A DNA stretch of 64,000 bases from Gordius albopunctatus (lineage: Eukaryota). The stretch covers positions 15,376,001 to 15,440,000 of the forward strand of contig OZ193909.1 of the NCBI GenBank assembly GCA_964276515.1. Direction: 5' to 3'. Both the position numbers and the translations under genes were made by a program. A model generated the notes under the pieces. It saw nothing but the letters and a program-made list of their open reading frames with translations. It ran no database searches and was not told where the DNA came from. Shown here piece by piece: positions 13,201 through 24,869 of this stretch. Every line of letters begins with the position of its first letter. Position 1 is the first letter of the stretch.

Positions 13201-13531
13201 ACTGGGAGAAAGATCACCGAGTGAGAAGTTCTTAGGTAAAAGGGGTAGATGTTGGATAGACTTCTTCCGAAAGGAGAATGGAGAGGAGGTAAGAGAAAGA
13301 ACCAAGTTCAAAAGAGGGGATCTGGTGTGGTTGAGGCTATTTAATGCTAAAGTAAAATGGACCCCGGGAGTCATTAGGAAAGCAGACAGTAATTTCAAAT
13401 ATTGGGTAGAAGATAGCGATGGGAATGAAATGGCACGTCATGTGAATCAGTTAAAGAGGAGGAAAGAGTTCGGGGATATAGGGAGGCAGTTAAGAGGTAG
13501 GTGTTTGGACAGGCCTAAAGATGTTACTTAG
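10292..13531 (+). CDS. pol: Gypsy Pol polyprotein (protease, RT, RNase H, integrase)
   Basis: LVDTGS protease, YMDD RT, VDAS..EKEA..TDH RNase H, HAGH..CEAC and DDE integrase. The frame is actually open from 10247. Confidence 0.97.
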   Translation: MYIKIFNFVLVMIVKMIFLYISYMFCILRWIGQKYLDLISLELKLYRCVARGSYKLWRRAVMAGCGVKMGLGWMRREWEKRLVRTYNYVKVGAFANKQPCIKVKLNGETHLMLVDTGSAITIINKEAWVTLGKPKLDMKGTVNVRLLTGQELKVLGKCMVTVRHDKNIKRAEVYVMDWKAINIVGWEWIDAWSKEFNWWDWVRKSEIALEVVFKEGEGEREDGYEVKELLREFETVFEDRLGRCKGVEVEIELKEGALPKFCGARRIPFEWKEEVGIELEKWLKEGVIKEVMSSYWATPLVPVRKANGTLRLCVDFRITLNQCVRDVKYPLPRFEEIVAQLNGCRWYSKIDFASAYLQLPVSEKTSGYLTINTHKGLFAFLRLPFGLSVSAPIFQMTMAAIFRDLEGVFYYMDDVLVSGRSKAEHNARLYEVLSRIKERGMIVSREKSVFAVEEVTYLGHVLKGDTIEPVADRVEVIRSLRVPNTKKELQSFLGIFNYYSKFIKDFAQLAAPLYSMIRRRIDFKWDESCQYSFEQLKQSLAAMPVLVCFDNERETRLAVDASMLGVGGVLLQLEEGVERPILYFSRKLRDCELRYSVIEKEALAMVYGVVRCREYLIGRTFTVYTDHKPLRDLFKKDNNQLMLSPRLQRWLILMGGFNVSIEYRPGKMNYLPDILSRWVPHEKDENEGTNSQEYKEGTGEYENVAALRVEIRGPVSWEQIRDNMVGDLMLQKVVECVQGNREWGMEERAFRRVRKELHLVEGCIMRGARIVIPESLRREALKVVHAGHQGISKMKQWAREYMWWPEMTQDIEDWAKACEACNVVGDMPRGRRKSRWKAAARAWERVHLDFFEWRGKAFLLVVDAYSKWVEFFKVSKMSGRVVIGIMKGLFGKYGLPIRVVSDGGPAFISKELSIFFMEQGVRHEVIAPYYPQSNGQAERMVGIVKSWFKKEEVGGGELWKMQMIYNSTSKLGERSPSEKFLGKRGRCWIDFFRKENGEEVRERTKFKRGDLVWLRLFNAKVKWTPGVIRKADSNFKYWVEDSDGNEMARHVNQLKRRKEFGDIGRQLRGRCLDRPKDVT

Positions 13532-13634
13532 TATAACTTAGCCGTTGTAAATATACCATCACTGTCTGTTACATATGTGTTAGTTATATGATATACCAAT
13601 GTATTGTAATGATATTTCAATATATTATAATAGT

Positions 13635-13673
13635 AAAAAAAAAAAAAAAAAAAAAATAAAAAAAAAAAAAATA

Positions 13674-13707
<34 letters not shown>

Positions 13708-14204
13708 AAAAAAAAAAAAAAAAAAAAGAATATATATAAAAAAAATAAAAAAAAAAATAAAAAATAAAAAAAAAATAAAAAAAAAAAAAAAAAAAGGAGT
13801 CGTGATTTCGAGATAAATATGTGTATGGAAATGTAATCCAGATTATGATATACGTGTATGAGTTGAGAAATTGTATTCCTCACTATCGCGATTTCGCAGA
13901 ATATTATATACACAATTGTAACATAAGAATTGTATTACGCACTTCGGGTATAAAATAATGTCGCGGAAGTGAAGAATTAATATGTATGTTGCAATATTTA
14001 TATATTTGTATGCTGTATATGACTCATTCACTTAAAAAAAAAAAAAAAAAAAAGAAAAAAGAAAATAAAATAAAATAAAAGAAAAGAAAATGATAATAAA
14101 AAAAAAATATAAATATAAAAAAAAAAAAAAAAAAATGAATTAAAAAAAAAAAAAATAAAAAAAAAAAAAAAAAAAATTAAAAAAAAAAAAAAATAAATAA
14201 ATAA
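13635..14204 (+). repeat. Two long, nearly pure poly(A) tracts inside the Gypsy-1 3' noncoding region
   Basis: A-runs with sparse T/G at 13635-13795 and 14035-14204. Confidence 0.9.
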
Positions 14205-14947
14205 TGTAAAGTATCAAAGGTGAAGTGAGGTATTATTGCGATGTTGTATGTGTACGATAGTATTTCGGTGTTATATCAGTTGTTTTATACGGATGGATTA
14301 TAGTATTTCCGTTTTATATTAATTTTCTCATATTTCTATTGTATAATTATAGTCGTGTATGTTTACTTTATTTTTATATTCTCATATTTTTATTGTGTAT
14401 TTATATTCTCATATTGGTATTGGATATTTTTATGCTCATTCGGTGTATATAATACTTATACCACATTGTTCGGGTAGCTGTAATGTGTTGTCGATGTAAA
14501 ACTGTAAAAATGTGTAATGATGGATGTGAAATATCGTTGCTGTGTTGAGATGTATATCAGGAAAGGTATATGAATATTGTAATCTTTTTATTGTGGACTT
14601 ATACTCATATATGTTTTATGTGGTGTATATATTTTCATGCTGTTTGTATATTTATGTCACATCGTCGTGTAATAGTAGTGAGTTATTGAGAGAAAGCGTC
14701 TAAGGATATGTAAAGTCAAGGGGAAATAGCAAGATTGTATTGCTAATGTTATTACGGAAATTGTGAATATCGCTATTGTTATTACGCGGAGTGTCTGTAG
14801 AAAAATATAGTGTATTATTGTAGTCGGTGTATATCGCGCGTGGTTATTCGAGTATAAATATTTGGGAGGGGTTAGCAACCTAAAGACGGAAGCACGGCGG
14901 AACTATGTGTATCGGCATTGGGGCAAGCAAGGAAAAAGGAAAAGAGT

Positions 14948-14959
14948 AAAAAAGGGAGA
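14948..14959 (+). promoter_or_regulatory. Polypurine tract of Gypsy-1
   Basis: AAAAAAGGGAGA immediately before the TG of the 3' LTR. Confidence 0.85.
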
Positions 14960-16133
14960 TGTTATATATGTCACTATGGATTCGTTGAAGACGAGCAACG
15001 AGAGGCGCGGCATTTACCAGGTGCGGGACGATAGCAAGTGAGAGACAAAATAAATCTAGGAAGAGTAACGGGAAGGACGCAAAGGAGAATAACAACTGGC
15101 GCGGGGCACACAAAGAGAGTATTATCAGAGACAATAACAACTGGTGAGTGACAACTGGTGCAAGACACGAGAAGAAAAGAAGTGTATCCGAACGAAAGGG
15201 TGCATCGGCGAACATACATACAAGATGAATTAATAAATTTTCTTGAATATCACTCGTGTTGTGGCATAATTTTTACTTGAAATAAAATATTTATCGGAAG
15301 TACGATTTATTCGAGGACGAATTATTCTCTGATCTAATTTTGGACGTACGATTTAGTCACGGACATAATAGATATATTACCCCGTGCGTGGAAAAAACCA
15401 TTGATTTTATATGGATGGGGAGAGAGGTTATCTAATTTTATTGATTTATAAAACCAGTCAGATAGATAGGTCCGCCCGACTAACAGTCGTTTTCTCTTAA
15501 CGTTTACTCAGGTCAAGACGAGTGAGAGTCTACATCTTTTAAGTTTTTTATGAGGGCCTATTGGACTAGATGTCACAATAGTACAGGCATAGAGGTGCCG
15601 CAAATCGGTAGGCAGCACACTCGGTTTATATAAAAATCATAAGTCAATAAAAAAAATTTTTCGTAAAATGACACTTCATACACATATGAAATATAAAATA
15701 TGACTTGTTTTAAATTAACAAGAAAGTTTTAATCATAAACTAATAGATTAGATCGCCCATTCCCTTTAAAAAAGTGATGCCAATTTTACCGCCATCTTGA
15801 AAATATATTAGCAAACCAACTTATTCAAAGTTATAATGGGATTCTATATTTACTCTCTATTTATCAAAAAAATTTTATCATAATTTTTATATAATTTTAA
15901 GTTAAAACTTATATCATATCATAAAAACATGCTTTGCATAAACAATTAAATATTTTTGATTATGTTATAATAATAAAATTATTTAAATAAAAAAAAACAT
16001 TAAATTACTGAGACAAATTATTTTATTTAAAGCGCCATCTATATATAGTTTTATTTTAGTATAGACTGCAAATTTTTATTTAAGAAATCACATAATTAAT
16101 AAAATAAGGTAAATAATCACAGATTAAAATTTA

Positions 16134-16523
16134 TTATTGCCCTAAAAATAAAATATTTTTATTAAGTTTGTTACGAATATTTAATTTTAAATTTTGATTC
16201 ACAATACGCGAATTATTATGAAATAAAATTTTAAGGTATTTACGTATAATAAGTTTAATTAATATATAAAAATGGGATGACAAATTATCTTTCTCCAATA
16301 TATGTTGAGACAAATCATCAAAAAGAGAGGTGCCAATTATTTTAGAAAAAAATTTATTTTCAATAATCATTATAGCGTTTTTATTATTTAAAAGTTTATC
16401 GCTTTTAAAAGAATTAAGGATGGAATAAGCAATTTTACATAATTTAATAATGTTTTCCGATGGATTTATATGACTAACTTTATTTTTAATGCTTATTAAA
16501 TGATAATGAAATGTGCACAGCAA
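16134..16523 (-). pseudogene. C-terminal fragment of a P-element-type transposase
   Basis: LISIKN..INPSENIIKLC..LIKLIIRKYLKI..IRNKLNKNILFLGQ resembles the THAP9/P transposase C-terminus. Confidence 0.75.
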
Positions 16524-16616
16524 AGTACAGAGTATTTGTTAGGTGTAAAATCCCTCTCAACATTATGCAACCATGCTGCCAGGAGGATCTTATTTTTAGG
16601 GGATAAAATAGCATTA

Positions 16617-16980
16617 TTCTATTAATAGACAAGAATTATATACAAAAACACATTATGAATATAATAAATTAAATATATTCTATTAATAGATAAGAATTCT
16701 TAGAGTTGTTAAATTGCTAACTTTCTTCAAACTCCAGACGCGAGCACGCACATTGAGTTGCTTAATATGCGCGTTAGCACAATATGTGCTCGCTGTTTGG
16801 TGCACTAGGCAGAGCAGTAGCATAAAAAAATGCTCGAGGGCCGAGCAGAAACTCGAGCAGATGGTAGCTGGAGTTTAAGAAAGTTAGCAATTTAACAACT
16901 CTAAAATTCTATACAAAAACACATTATGAATATAATAAATTAAATATATTCTATTAATAGATAAGAATTATATACAAAAA
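16617..16980. repeat. ~61-bp tandem repeat (~2.5 units) interrupted by a MITE
   Basis: Unit ttctattaatagataagaattatatacaaaaacacattatgaatataataaattaaatata. Confidence 0.85.
16701..16903. mobile_element. MITE with ~36-bp TIRs
   Basis: tagagttgttaaattgctaactttcttcaaactccag / ctggagtttaagaaagttagcaatttaacaactcta. Imperfect 7-8-bp TSD (gaattct / aaattct). Confidence 0.85.
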
Positions 16981-17544
16981 AATATATTAGGCTAAATAGA
17001 TATATCATGGATATATAAATTTAGACTTAAAGAACATTATTATGAATATATTAAATTAAATATAAAATATTTGTGGTAAGAATAATCCGGCTTTGTGTTT
17101 CTTGAATTCCTACAGTTAATGGCTGCACAATATACCATTCTTTTCCTATAAAAAATAAAATATATATAACCCATAGACTAAAATATAACCATTATATAAC
17201 CGAACTTACCTACCAGATGCGTTATTTTGTATTTTCAAGATGGCGGTAAAACTGGTATCATTTTTTCGGTACATGTGTACTTAGTCTATGGTTTTAATTC
17301 AGTTACTTTATAAACAGACATTTAAGTTTATTAGTCTGATTTTTTAGTCTATTTAATCCTAAGCTACAATAATATTTACTATAAGGTATAAACTCCTCAA
17401 ACTAATATATAATGTTTATTTATTTATGACAACTTGATAAAATGTTATATTTTTATATTGATATACCATTTTCAGACAAAAAATAATATATATATGCTTT
17501 CTAATCGTCATCAAAATTATCATTAAATATCAAAATAACAGACC

Positions 17545-17911
17545 ACGGCTGGCCCCCCGTAGGGGGGGGGGCCACAAGGACCCATATCAGTATAGGCATA
17601 GGCCCTTGTAGGGGAAGCATAGTGTAATTATCAATGTTAACCTAATACACCAATTGAAAAACAAAACAAAATTTCAATTTATTTGGCCAATGGTCATTTT
17701 TTTCATTCGTCAGTAGCCAGCGGAAGGTCAAAAAGTCATATTATCAATGGTATTAACAAGAACAAAATATTAATTTAATTTAAAAAAAAATTTTGTCCTC
17801 TCCGGGGATTGATTGAACTTGAACCTGCAAGTCAAAAAGCCGGTGTAAATACATTGGAGGACAACGGACGGACGGACAACAAAAAACGAGCCCATAAATT
17901 GCATAGCAATT
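17545..17911 (-). mobile_element. Partial HINE copy
   Basis: Shares the core, the (ACGG)n run and the CCCATAAATTGCATAGCAATT end with 20420-20720. Confidence 0.78.
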
Positions 17912-19137
17912 AATATTACAGGCGTGTAGGATAAAATATCGATATTTCTAAAACAATTAAATGTTGTTTTTTAGTCAGTTTTTGTTTGCTATACTAAAAA
18001 AACTTTAACAATGATTGGAGGTGGCATAATTTGATGATTATTTCTACGTGATATGGTCCCAAACCATTAATTTATTTTTCTTTCTCAGTATCAAAATTAT
18101 CTAAATTTGACATAGTTTCTATAATGAAAAATTTAGCCTGCATGGCTTTTAGGCTTTACTTATTATTTAGTTTGCGGTACTCGTACAAGGGGTTATTATC
18201 TTGTTAATTATAAATATATATAATTTTATGTATGTATATAAATAAGATCTCGGTATATAAGGTTAATGCATATCGAAATGGTTTATTAATTTATGTGAAA
18301 GCAAAATGGATAAGTACAAAAATAGTATTTAACATTAAATAAGGATCGTCCTAAAATGTTAGCAAAGATATTGGAATTTTTTGGAAGTTGAAGCCCAAAT
18401 TAAAATTCAATGTAAAAGCAATTTTTAATCTTTTGTGTACGCTTATAAAATTTAAATCTAATTATCAAACAAAATAACTAATTTGCGGAAAGATAAAACA
18501 ATTTAAAATAAATTTAAATCGAAATTTAATATGAATATTTTGTTGAGGAAGAATAATCATTGACTTTGTCAATGCAATTTAAAATCGTCAATGCATATAG
18601 TATAGAGATAGCCTTTAGCTTTTGGGTAAATTTTATAAATTTATGAAAGTCTGAAGTTGGAATTAAAATAGCTTTAAAATGGGTCCAAACTAATAAAAAA
18701 TATTTTACTTGATTTTATAAAACAATTGTTTAACTTTCCACAAATTGCCATTTTTTTCTAGGTATTGCTGTTTTTATATATATTATAAAAACAATGTGCA
18801 TTTTTTATAGACCCTCATTAAGTTATTTCAACCACTCGTGAATTTTTAGAGGTACATGGCCTAGTGGATTCGTGAAATATTGTAATAATCACCTTTTTTA
18901 AACATAAAAGAGCAAAAAAAATTAAGCTGTCCCCTTGGCTAAGCCTATAAATTTTAGAATTGTAGCTCTCATCTGAGTGATTTCGAAAAGTTTAATGTAA
19001 ACAATTTAAAATGAAAGTTTTTTAAAAATGAACGTTACTACTTACTTATCTTATCGTCTTTGTTGTATATATTTTAATGACGCATTATTATCTCAAAAGA
19101 CTTTGTAAAAAGTTAATTATAGAGGCATAATGAGTGT

Positions 19138-19295
19138 CATAGGCGTAGCTAGGGGGAGGCACTTAGGGGCGGCTGCCTACTTATAAATCCACATTTTCTT
19201 AAAAATTTAGTATCATTAAGACTTAAATCTCAAAAAATTATATATTTTGCTTCTACTTAAAGCATTATTGATTCCTCAAGCTGGCTATGCCAATG
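19138..19295. mobile_element. Short hAT-type MITE
   Basis: Ends cataggcgtagc / gctatgccaatg. TSD atgagtgt / atgagtga. Confidence 0.75.
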
Positions 19296-19434
19296 ATGAG
19301 TGAGACTATTAAAAATTAAGTTGTTTTGATGATAAAATAAAGAAAACCTAGAGTTCCTATTTGCGAAAAAATATTTTAGTATAGGAAAATTAAATCGACT
19401 GAATTTTATATAACCTAGTTTTTTTGTTATTTAG

Positions 19435-21084
19435 ATACATGCGATCAAACGAAGACAAGTATTTATTATAAATTTTAGGCGTATTATTTTTTATTATAAT
19501 AAAGACATGACTATCATTTGGATCTCTCATTTCGGTCGGGAGTTAATTCTCGAAAGGTCCACTATGAGCAAACCTCATTTTAATTATACTATTTCAAATA
19601 ATGAATTTTCGAGAAACTACGAGGTATGTTATAGTAATTAAAATGTGATAATCTAAATTACTTCAGATGTATGAATTTAACATGAATTTCACATTAAAAC
19701 ACGACCCCGGAAGCGATTTTATCATAGAAGTTACTCCAATTATTAATAACGTTCCCTGCAATAAATTGACAATGAAAACAAAAATTTCACTGGGTAATTT
19801 TATATTTTAATTAAAGTTATAATTCGATAGAACCGAGAGATTTTGAGATCACGGAATGGTTTCTTTCTCGCCTAAATGAAAGCCACGCTTTTCTGGAAAT
19901 CAATAAAAAACACAGTGTATCGACTATCGGAAACAGATCTCATTATCAATTTACTATTAAAAAAGGTTTTGGAGAGAATACAATAAACACAAAGCAACAG
20001 GTGATGTATAATATGCAAAGTGGCAAATTATGCGTGATTTTTCATAGAAATTAATTGTTTTTATACATATCTATTTTCTTTTAATTTTATATAAAGGACA
20101 CTAGAGCCATTATTCCGTTTCCAGGACACAAAAATTTTGTTGAAATTAACGTGACTAATATCTTTTATCAAAATATTACCAAAACTTTTCTGCTCTTTCG
20201 ACCAAGTAAATAATATAAATAGATATTATAAAATAACTCGGGCCTTCGGACCTCGAAGGAAGGGGAAGGGGAGGAGGGGAAGGGGGGAAATAAAGGGGGA
20301 ACTCTTCTATACTCCGTATAAAAGTAGCATATTTGCTATGCAATTTATGGGCGAGAAAGGTGGGAAGGGGTGAGAATCCCTATAGGGGGGTATTAAATGA
20401 AAAATAGTTGGACTGACGGGCATAGGGTAATTATCAATGTTAACCTAATATAACAATTCAAAAACGAAAATAAAATTTGGAATCACAATTTGGCCAATGG
20501 TCCTTTTTTCATTGGTCAGTAGCCAGCGGAAGGTCAAAAAGTCATATTATCCATGGTATTAACAAGAAAAAAATATTAATTTAATTAAAAAATTTTTTTT
20601 GTCGTCTCCGGGGATTGAACTCGAACCTACAAGTCAGAAAGCCGGTGTAAATACATTGGAGGGTAACGGACGGACGGACAACGGACACCAAAAAACGAGC
20701 CCATAAATTGCATAGCAATTAATAATCTTGTTGCATTGATTTAAACTATATTTAGAGATTAAGGATAATACATAATTTCTAACCAAATAATCAAAAGATA
20801 TTTGCTTTAAATTATAAAATTTAAAAGCATTACGATAATATATCGCGGTTTGCATAATACTTTAAACACAATTTTAACAATACATTTGATTCGGAGCAAG
20901 AGTTATTTTCTCGTACACAGATAAAACGAATTTTGCCTCAGCATTGATCAACACCTATGCCACAGAAAAGTTCACCTACATGTTTGTTTCAAGATATCAT
21001 TACGATCGGAATAACGAACAATACGTTCCAGTTAGATATCAATTGTATAACAACCACATGTTAAATCATCACATGCTAGTGTAG
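19435..21084 (+). CDS. Unannotated multi-exon gene, likely extracellular glycoprotein with possible FN3-like beta domains; 5' end unresolved
   Basis: Exons 19435-19623, 19667-19793, 19831-20000, 20097-20205 and 20921-21084 splice at GT-AG (introns 43, 37, 96, 715 nt; phases 0,1,0,1) into one stop-free frame ending HHMLV*. Seven N-x-S/T sites (NYT, NFT, NES, NRS, NVT, NIT, NKT). Confidence 0.75.
20235..20720 (-). mobile_element. Helentron-associated non-autonomous element (HINE/DINE-1-like) in an intron of the plus-strand gene
   Basis: Subterminal inverted repeats TTGCTATGCAATTTATGGG (20333) / CCCATAAATTGCATAGCAA (20700), (GTCC)n microsatellite, and a terminal GC hairpin at ~20238-20256. Confidence 0.78.
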
Positions 21085-21637
21085 AAATTTAAGTTAGATT
21101 AAAAACGAAATATTTGTACGTGTAAAACATTTCAAGAATCTTATCAAAACATATACTTATGAGCTTTTCAAAGTTTTCTATATGATAAAAAATGCTTATA
21201 ATGCCATCGGTATTTTCAAATTATAGACATGATATAACGAAAAAACACTAGAAAGCGTATAAATATTTAAAAAGTATTTTTCAATTATTACAGTTATTAT
21301 CAATTATAATAGATTTTTAAATTTCTAAAAAAAGGCAGAAAACCTTTTTATCTTTACTGAAAATTTATTTCAAATTTGAAAAATTTTAAATCAAATCTGA
21401 TGTCATGCATGAGAATTGACAAAATTTGATATAGTCTTTGTTTAATAAATAAAGTGTTTGGATCAAATAAGAGGCACTTTGCTGTGACTTACCACAAATA
21501 CCTCTGAATCTTTTATTATCTGATTCCGACCCCACTATAAAGCTTGTATGAAGGATGGCTGTTATGCCATTCTCATTTTATTTGTCTAAGATTAAAAAAC
21601 CGTAACAACTAGTCTAAATTTTTGTTAGACTTATCCG

Positions 21638-23468
21638 ATTCCGTTGTTATTAGGCATCAATATTTTCCATAAGTTTAACTCGCCGTAATTTTGAATTATA
21701 AGTTGCTTTAAGATTGCAGCCTATATATTAGAAGCCTTGCTTTACTTTATTTAACCTATTTGAGTATAAAATGATTTACAACATTCATATAATAGGGCTT
21801 TATGTATTAATTACTGGTATAATATTAACACGCCTAAAGTATTCTCAAAAATTTGTGTAATGTTATGTTTTGATTAGCTAGCAAAATCCTATAGCTATGT
21901 ATTTGACCCCAACTTTAAATAGCTATAACTTTGTTGTACTATAAAATAAACTTTTAAAATTTTAAAAGCATAATACTACAAACTTTATATGTAAATTGAT
22001 GTATTACTTTGGGTATATGAACTAGTGGTTATGATTTTATAATTACAATTAGTGCAACCCCCAAAATTTACCACTATGCGACTATATTTATTCATAACAA
22101 TTTTCCCCCCAAAATTTCATAACTTAATTCCAAAAGAATCATATAAAATAATGTTGGAATTATATTTATAAAAAATTTTGCATAAAAAAACCTAAAAACA
22201 AAAAAAAATAGAGATGTCCAAACTTAGAGAATTTTTGGCGCTATGTTTTTTAAATTAAAAAAATCACTTCTGTTCTTAGCCATTATTTTTCTAATTTTTG
22301 GACTTCAATTAATTTTTTTAACAGAAATACATTATAGAAGGTTAGAATTAAGAATAGGAAAAAATCTAATTGTAAAATCTTCAAACAAAAATTTTATGAG
22401 CCTCTAAAAATAGTGATTTTGTGTAAAAAATGAGATTTCCTACAAATTTTCTTAGTTTAAAATTTAAATAATTTTAGATTGAAAAGGTAGAGTTTAAAAT
22501 AGTCAGTTTATAATTAAACAATGGTAATATAAGTTCATGGTTTTTGTAAATTTGACATAAAAAAACATCAAAACAAAAAAATAGAGTTGTCCAAAAATAA
22601 GTTTTGACCTTTTGTTTTTTAAGACAGAAAGGTTTCTATTAATATTGTTCAACTTAGTTTAAGATTTTTACAATAAAAATACATCATAAAAGGTTGAATT
22701 TGAGAATATGATAATAATCTTCATTATAAGGCTATAAAAACAGTAAATTTTGTAAAAAATGAGACTTTCTACATATATTTAATATCAAATTTAATTTGTT
22801 TTAAATTATCAAGAAAATTTTAATTTAATTACTTTATAATCAGAAATTATATAAGTTTATTAATATGATTTTTTTAGTTTATTAAATCCTTAGCTACTAT
22901 AATATTAACTATAAAGTATAAACACCTGAAACTGATATTTTATGTTTATTTATTTGGGACCACATGATAAAATTTTATCTTTTAATATTTATATACCATC
23001 TTCAGACAAAAAATATCATATATATAGCACTTATTAATGTTAGACATGGTAAGATATCAAAATATACAGGAAAATTTACGCAAATGAGCACTTTAAAATA
23101 CCACAAGGATAAACATGTTCACATCTGAGTTTAAAAGTTAAATATCTCAAATAAAAAGAGATGTTAAGAAAAAATTTCTTTACAGATACGTTAAGAATAA
23201 TGGTTTATGATAAAAACTTCAAAAAAAATATTGAAAACTTTTTTTTGTTTTATATTGTGGAAGGTGTAGTCTTGGAAGACCTCGGGGATCTAAAACACGA
23301 TGTATCTTTAAAACTATTTGATAAAAACAAGCCAAATTTTGCAGAGATATTCTAAGATAAATTTTATTAAGCTACTATAAGAATGAAGTTATAAAAATCA
23401 CTAACTTATTTTGTACAACATTTATAAACCGCTTGGGGTCTTCATGACCCCACCTAAACAACGGAGTG
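21638..23468. mobile_element. Possible non-autonomous TTAA-target (piggyBac-like) element
   Basis: Right end cctaaacaacggagtg|TTAA; degenerate left end ttccgttgttattagg. Internal ~385-bp duplication (~22160-22800). Segment 22870-23030 recurs at 17340-17500. Confidence 0.4.
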
Positions 23469-24416
23469 TTAAGACATCGAAACACGTCAAATTCTGTATA
23501 CCTTCGGATTTGAATTTAAAATCTTTTAAATTTGCAATGTCTATATCAATCAATTATAGATTTTAAATCTTAAGACATAAAAATGTCATGTAGGGGAGCC
23601 GCACGGTATTAACGTTGTTCCCAAAATTCATAAAAATAAAACAAAGAAAGCGTACTAGCAAAATGCATATAAATTTCCAAGTATTAAATTATATAAACTA
23701 GATATTTAAAAAGGTTATGCTCAGAAGCGTAGCCAGGACTTTCTCCCGGGGAAGGGGGAATTTCCGAAAATTTTTTTTTAAACATTTTTATTTCAACATC
23801 AAAATTATAAAATCTGGTATAAAACATAAAGAAAGTCATTATAAATAATTAACTTGGTTAGTTACGTTGCACTACTATAAAATATAAACTTTAGATCTAA
23901 AATAGTTTCTTTTTCATAAAAAATCCTTATTTACGCCACAGGTTATGTCTAAGCTTGGACGGGTTTTTGATTAAAAATAAAACAACGGGCCGGGCATGGA
24001 CGGGCCGATATATAACGTAACGGGCTCGGGCCGGGCCTAGTTATACTTAAGGCCCGTTAAAAGACCGTTAAAAAATTAATTATATTTAGTATAAAATAAG
24101 TTTTATAATGTTCTAATTTGTAATTATTTTATGTATATTCAATTAACAAGGAAAGTTAAATTTTGTTTCCATACTAGTTCATTAATTCATCAATAGCTCA
24201 ACCCGCATTATAAATGTTAAAGATAATTTATACACGTGATCCCATGAGCGGAGCCAATTTAAATTGGGGAGGGGCAGTTTAAATAGGGCAAAAAAAAATT
24301 TCCATCAGGAATTTTTGGATCTGAGGGGGTGCAGCTGCCCATATTTTCCTCCCCATTTATAGCCTCTATAAATATTGAGTGAATAAATTTAATATTATTT
24401 AAAATTATTTATATTA

Positions 24417-24760
24417 ATTCCTATGCAATTTATGGTCTCTCTTTTGGTAATTTTTCAATAATTGCCGTGGAAACTTATACGGGTTTTTAATGGCTGTGGA
24501 CTTATGCTTCTGTAAAAGACTTTTATTTAGGTGACCGTTGATGTGCTTTACTTTTTTTGACCTCGCCTAAGCTCAAATTCCATTATTGTTTTTGTGCCTG
24601 ACTGATTACCTTTATTAATAAATTTATTTTGGCAATTTGTCTAGGTTGTTAATTTATAACGGATGAATGCGAAACTGGCTAAATAATTCCCTGCAAATTA
24701 ATGCTGACCGTTGCTAACTTCTACTTTATCTGACCCCGACCAAATACCAAAATTAATATA
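24417..24760 (+). mobile_element. Second HINE subfamily fragment; inverted relative to a copy at ~34920-35495
   Basis: Starts with a subTIR-like cctatgcaatttatgg. Reverse complement of ~35180-35495. Confidence 0.6.
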
Positions 24761-24869
24761 CTAAATCATTAAAAAACTTAAAAACAAATTCTAAAATTTA
24801 TTTCCTCAAGTTACTTTTATCACTGTTTTCTCATTTTATATCAATAACCTAATTATTTAAAATGGTGGC

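Larger units (their letters stand above)
9335..15370 (+). mobile_element. Young Ty3/Gypsy LTR retrotransposon (Gypsy-1), intact pol
   Basis: LTRs 9335-9743 and 14960-15370 differ at only a handful of positions. 5-bp TSD GATAT (9330-9334, 15371-15375). PBS and PPT present. Domain order PR-RT-RH-INT. Confidence 0.97.
15734..17290 (-). mobile_element. Internally deleted P-element/THAP9-superfamily DNA transposon
   Basis: Ends CATAAACTAA / TTAGTCTATG. Perfect 8-bp TSD GTTTTAAT (15726-15733, 17291-17298). ~35-bp subterminal inverted repeats (~15770-15806 vs ~17229-17265). Contains a transposase C-terminus. Confidence 0.88.

Noticed and set aside
13617..13913. Poly-Phe ORF
   Set aside because: Translation of a poly(A) tract.
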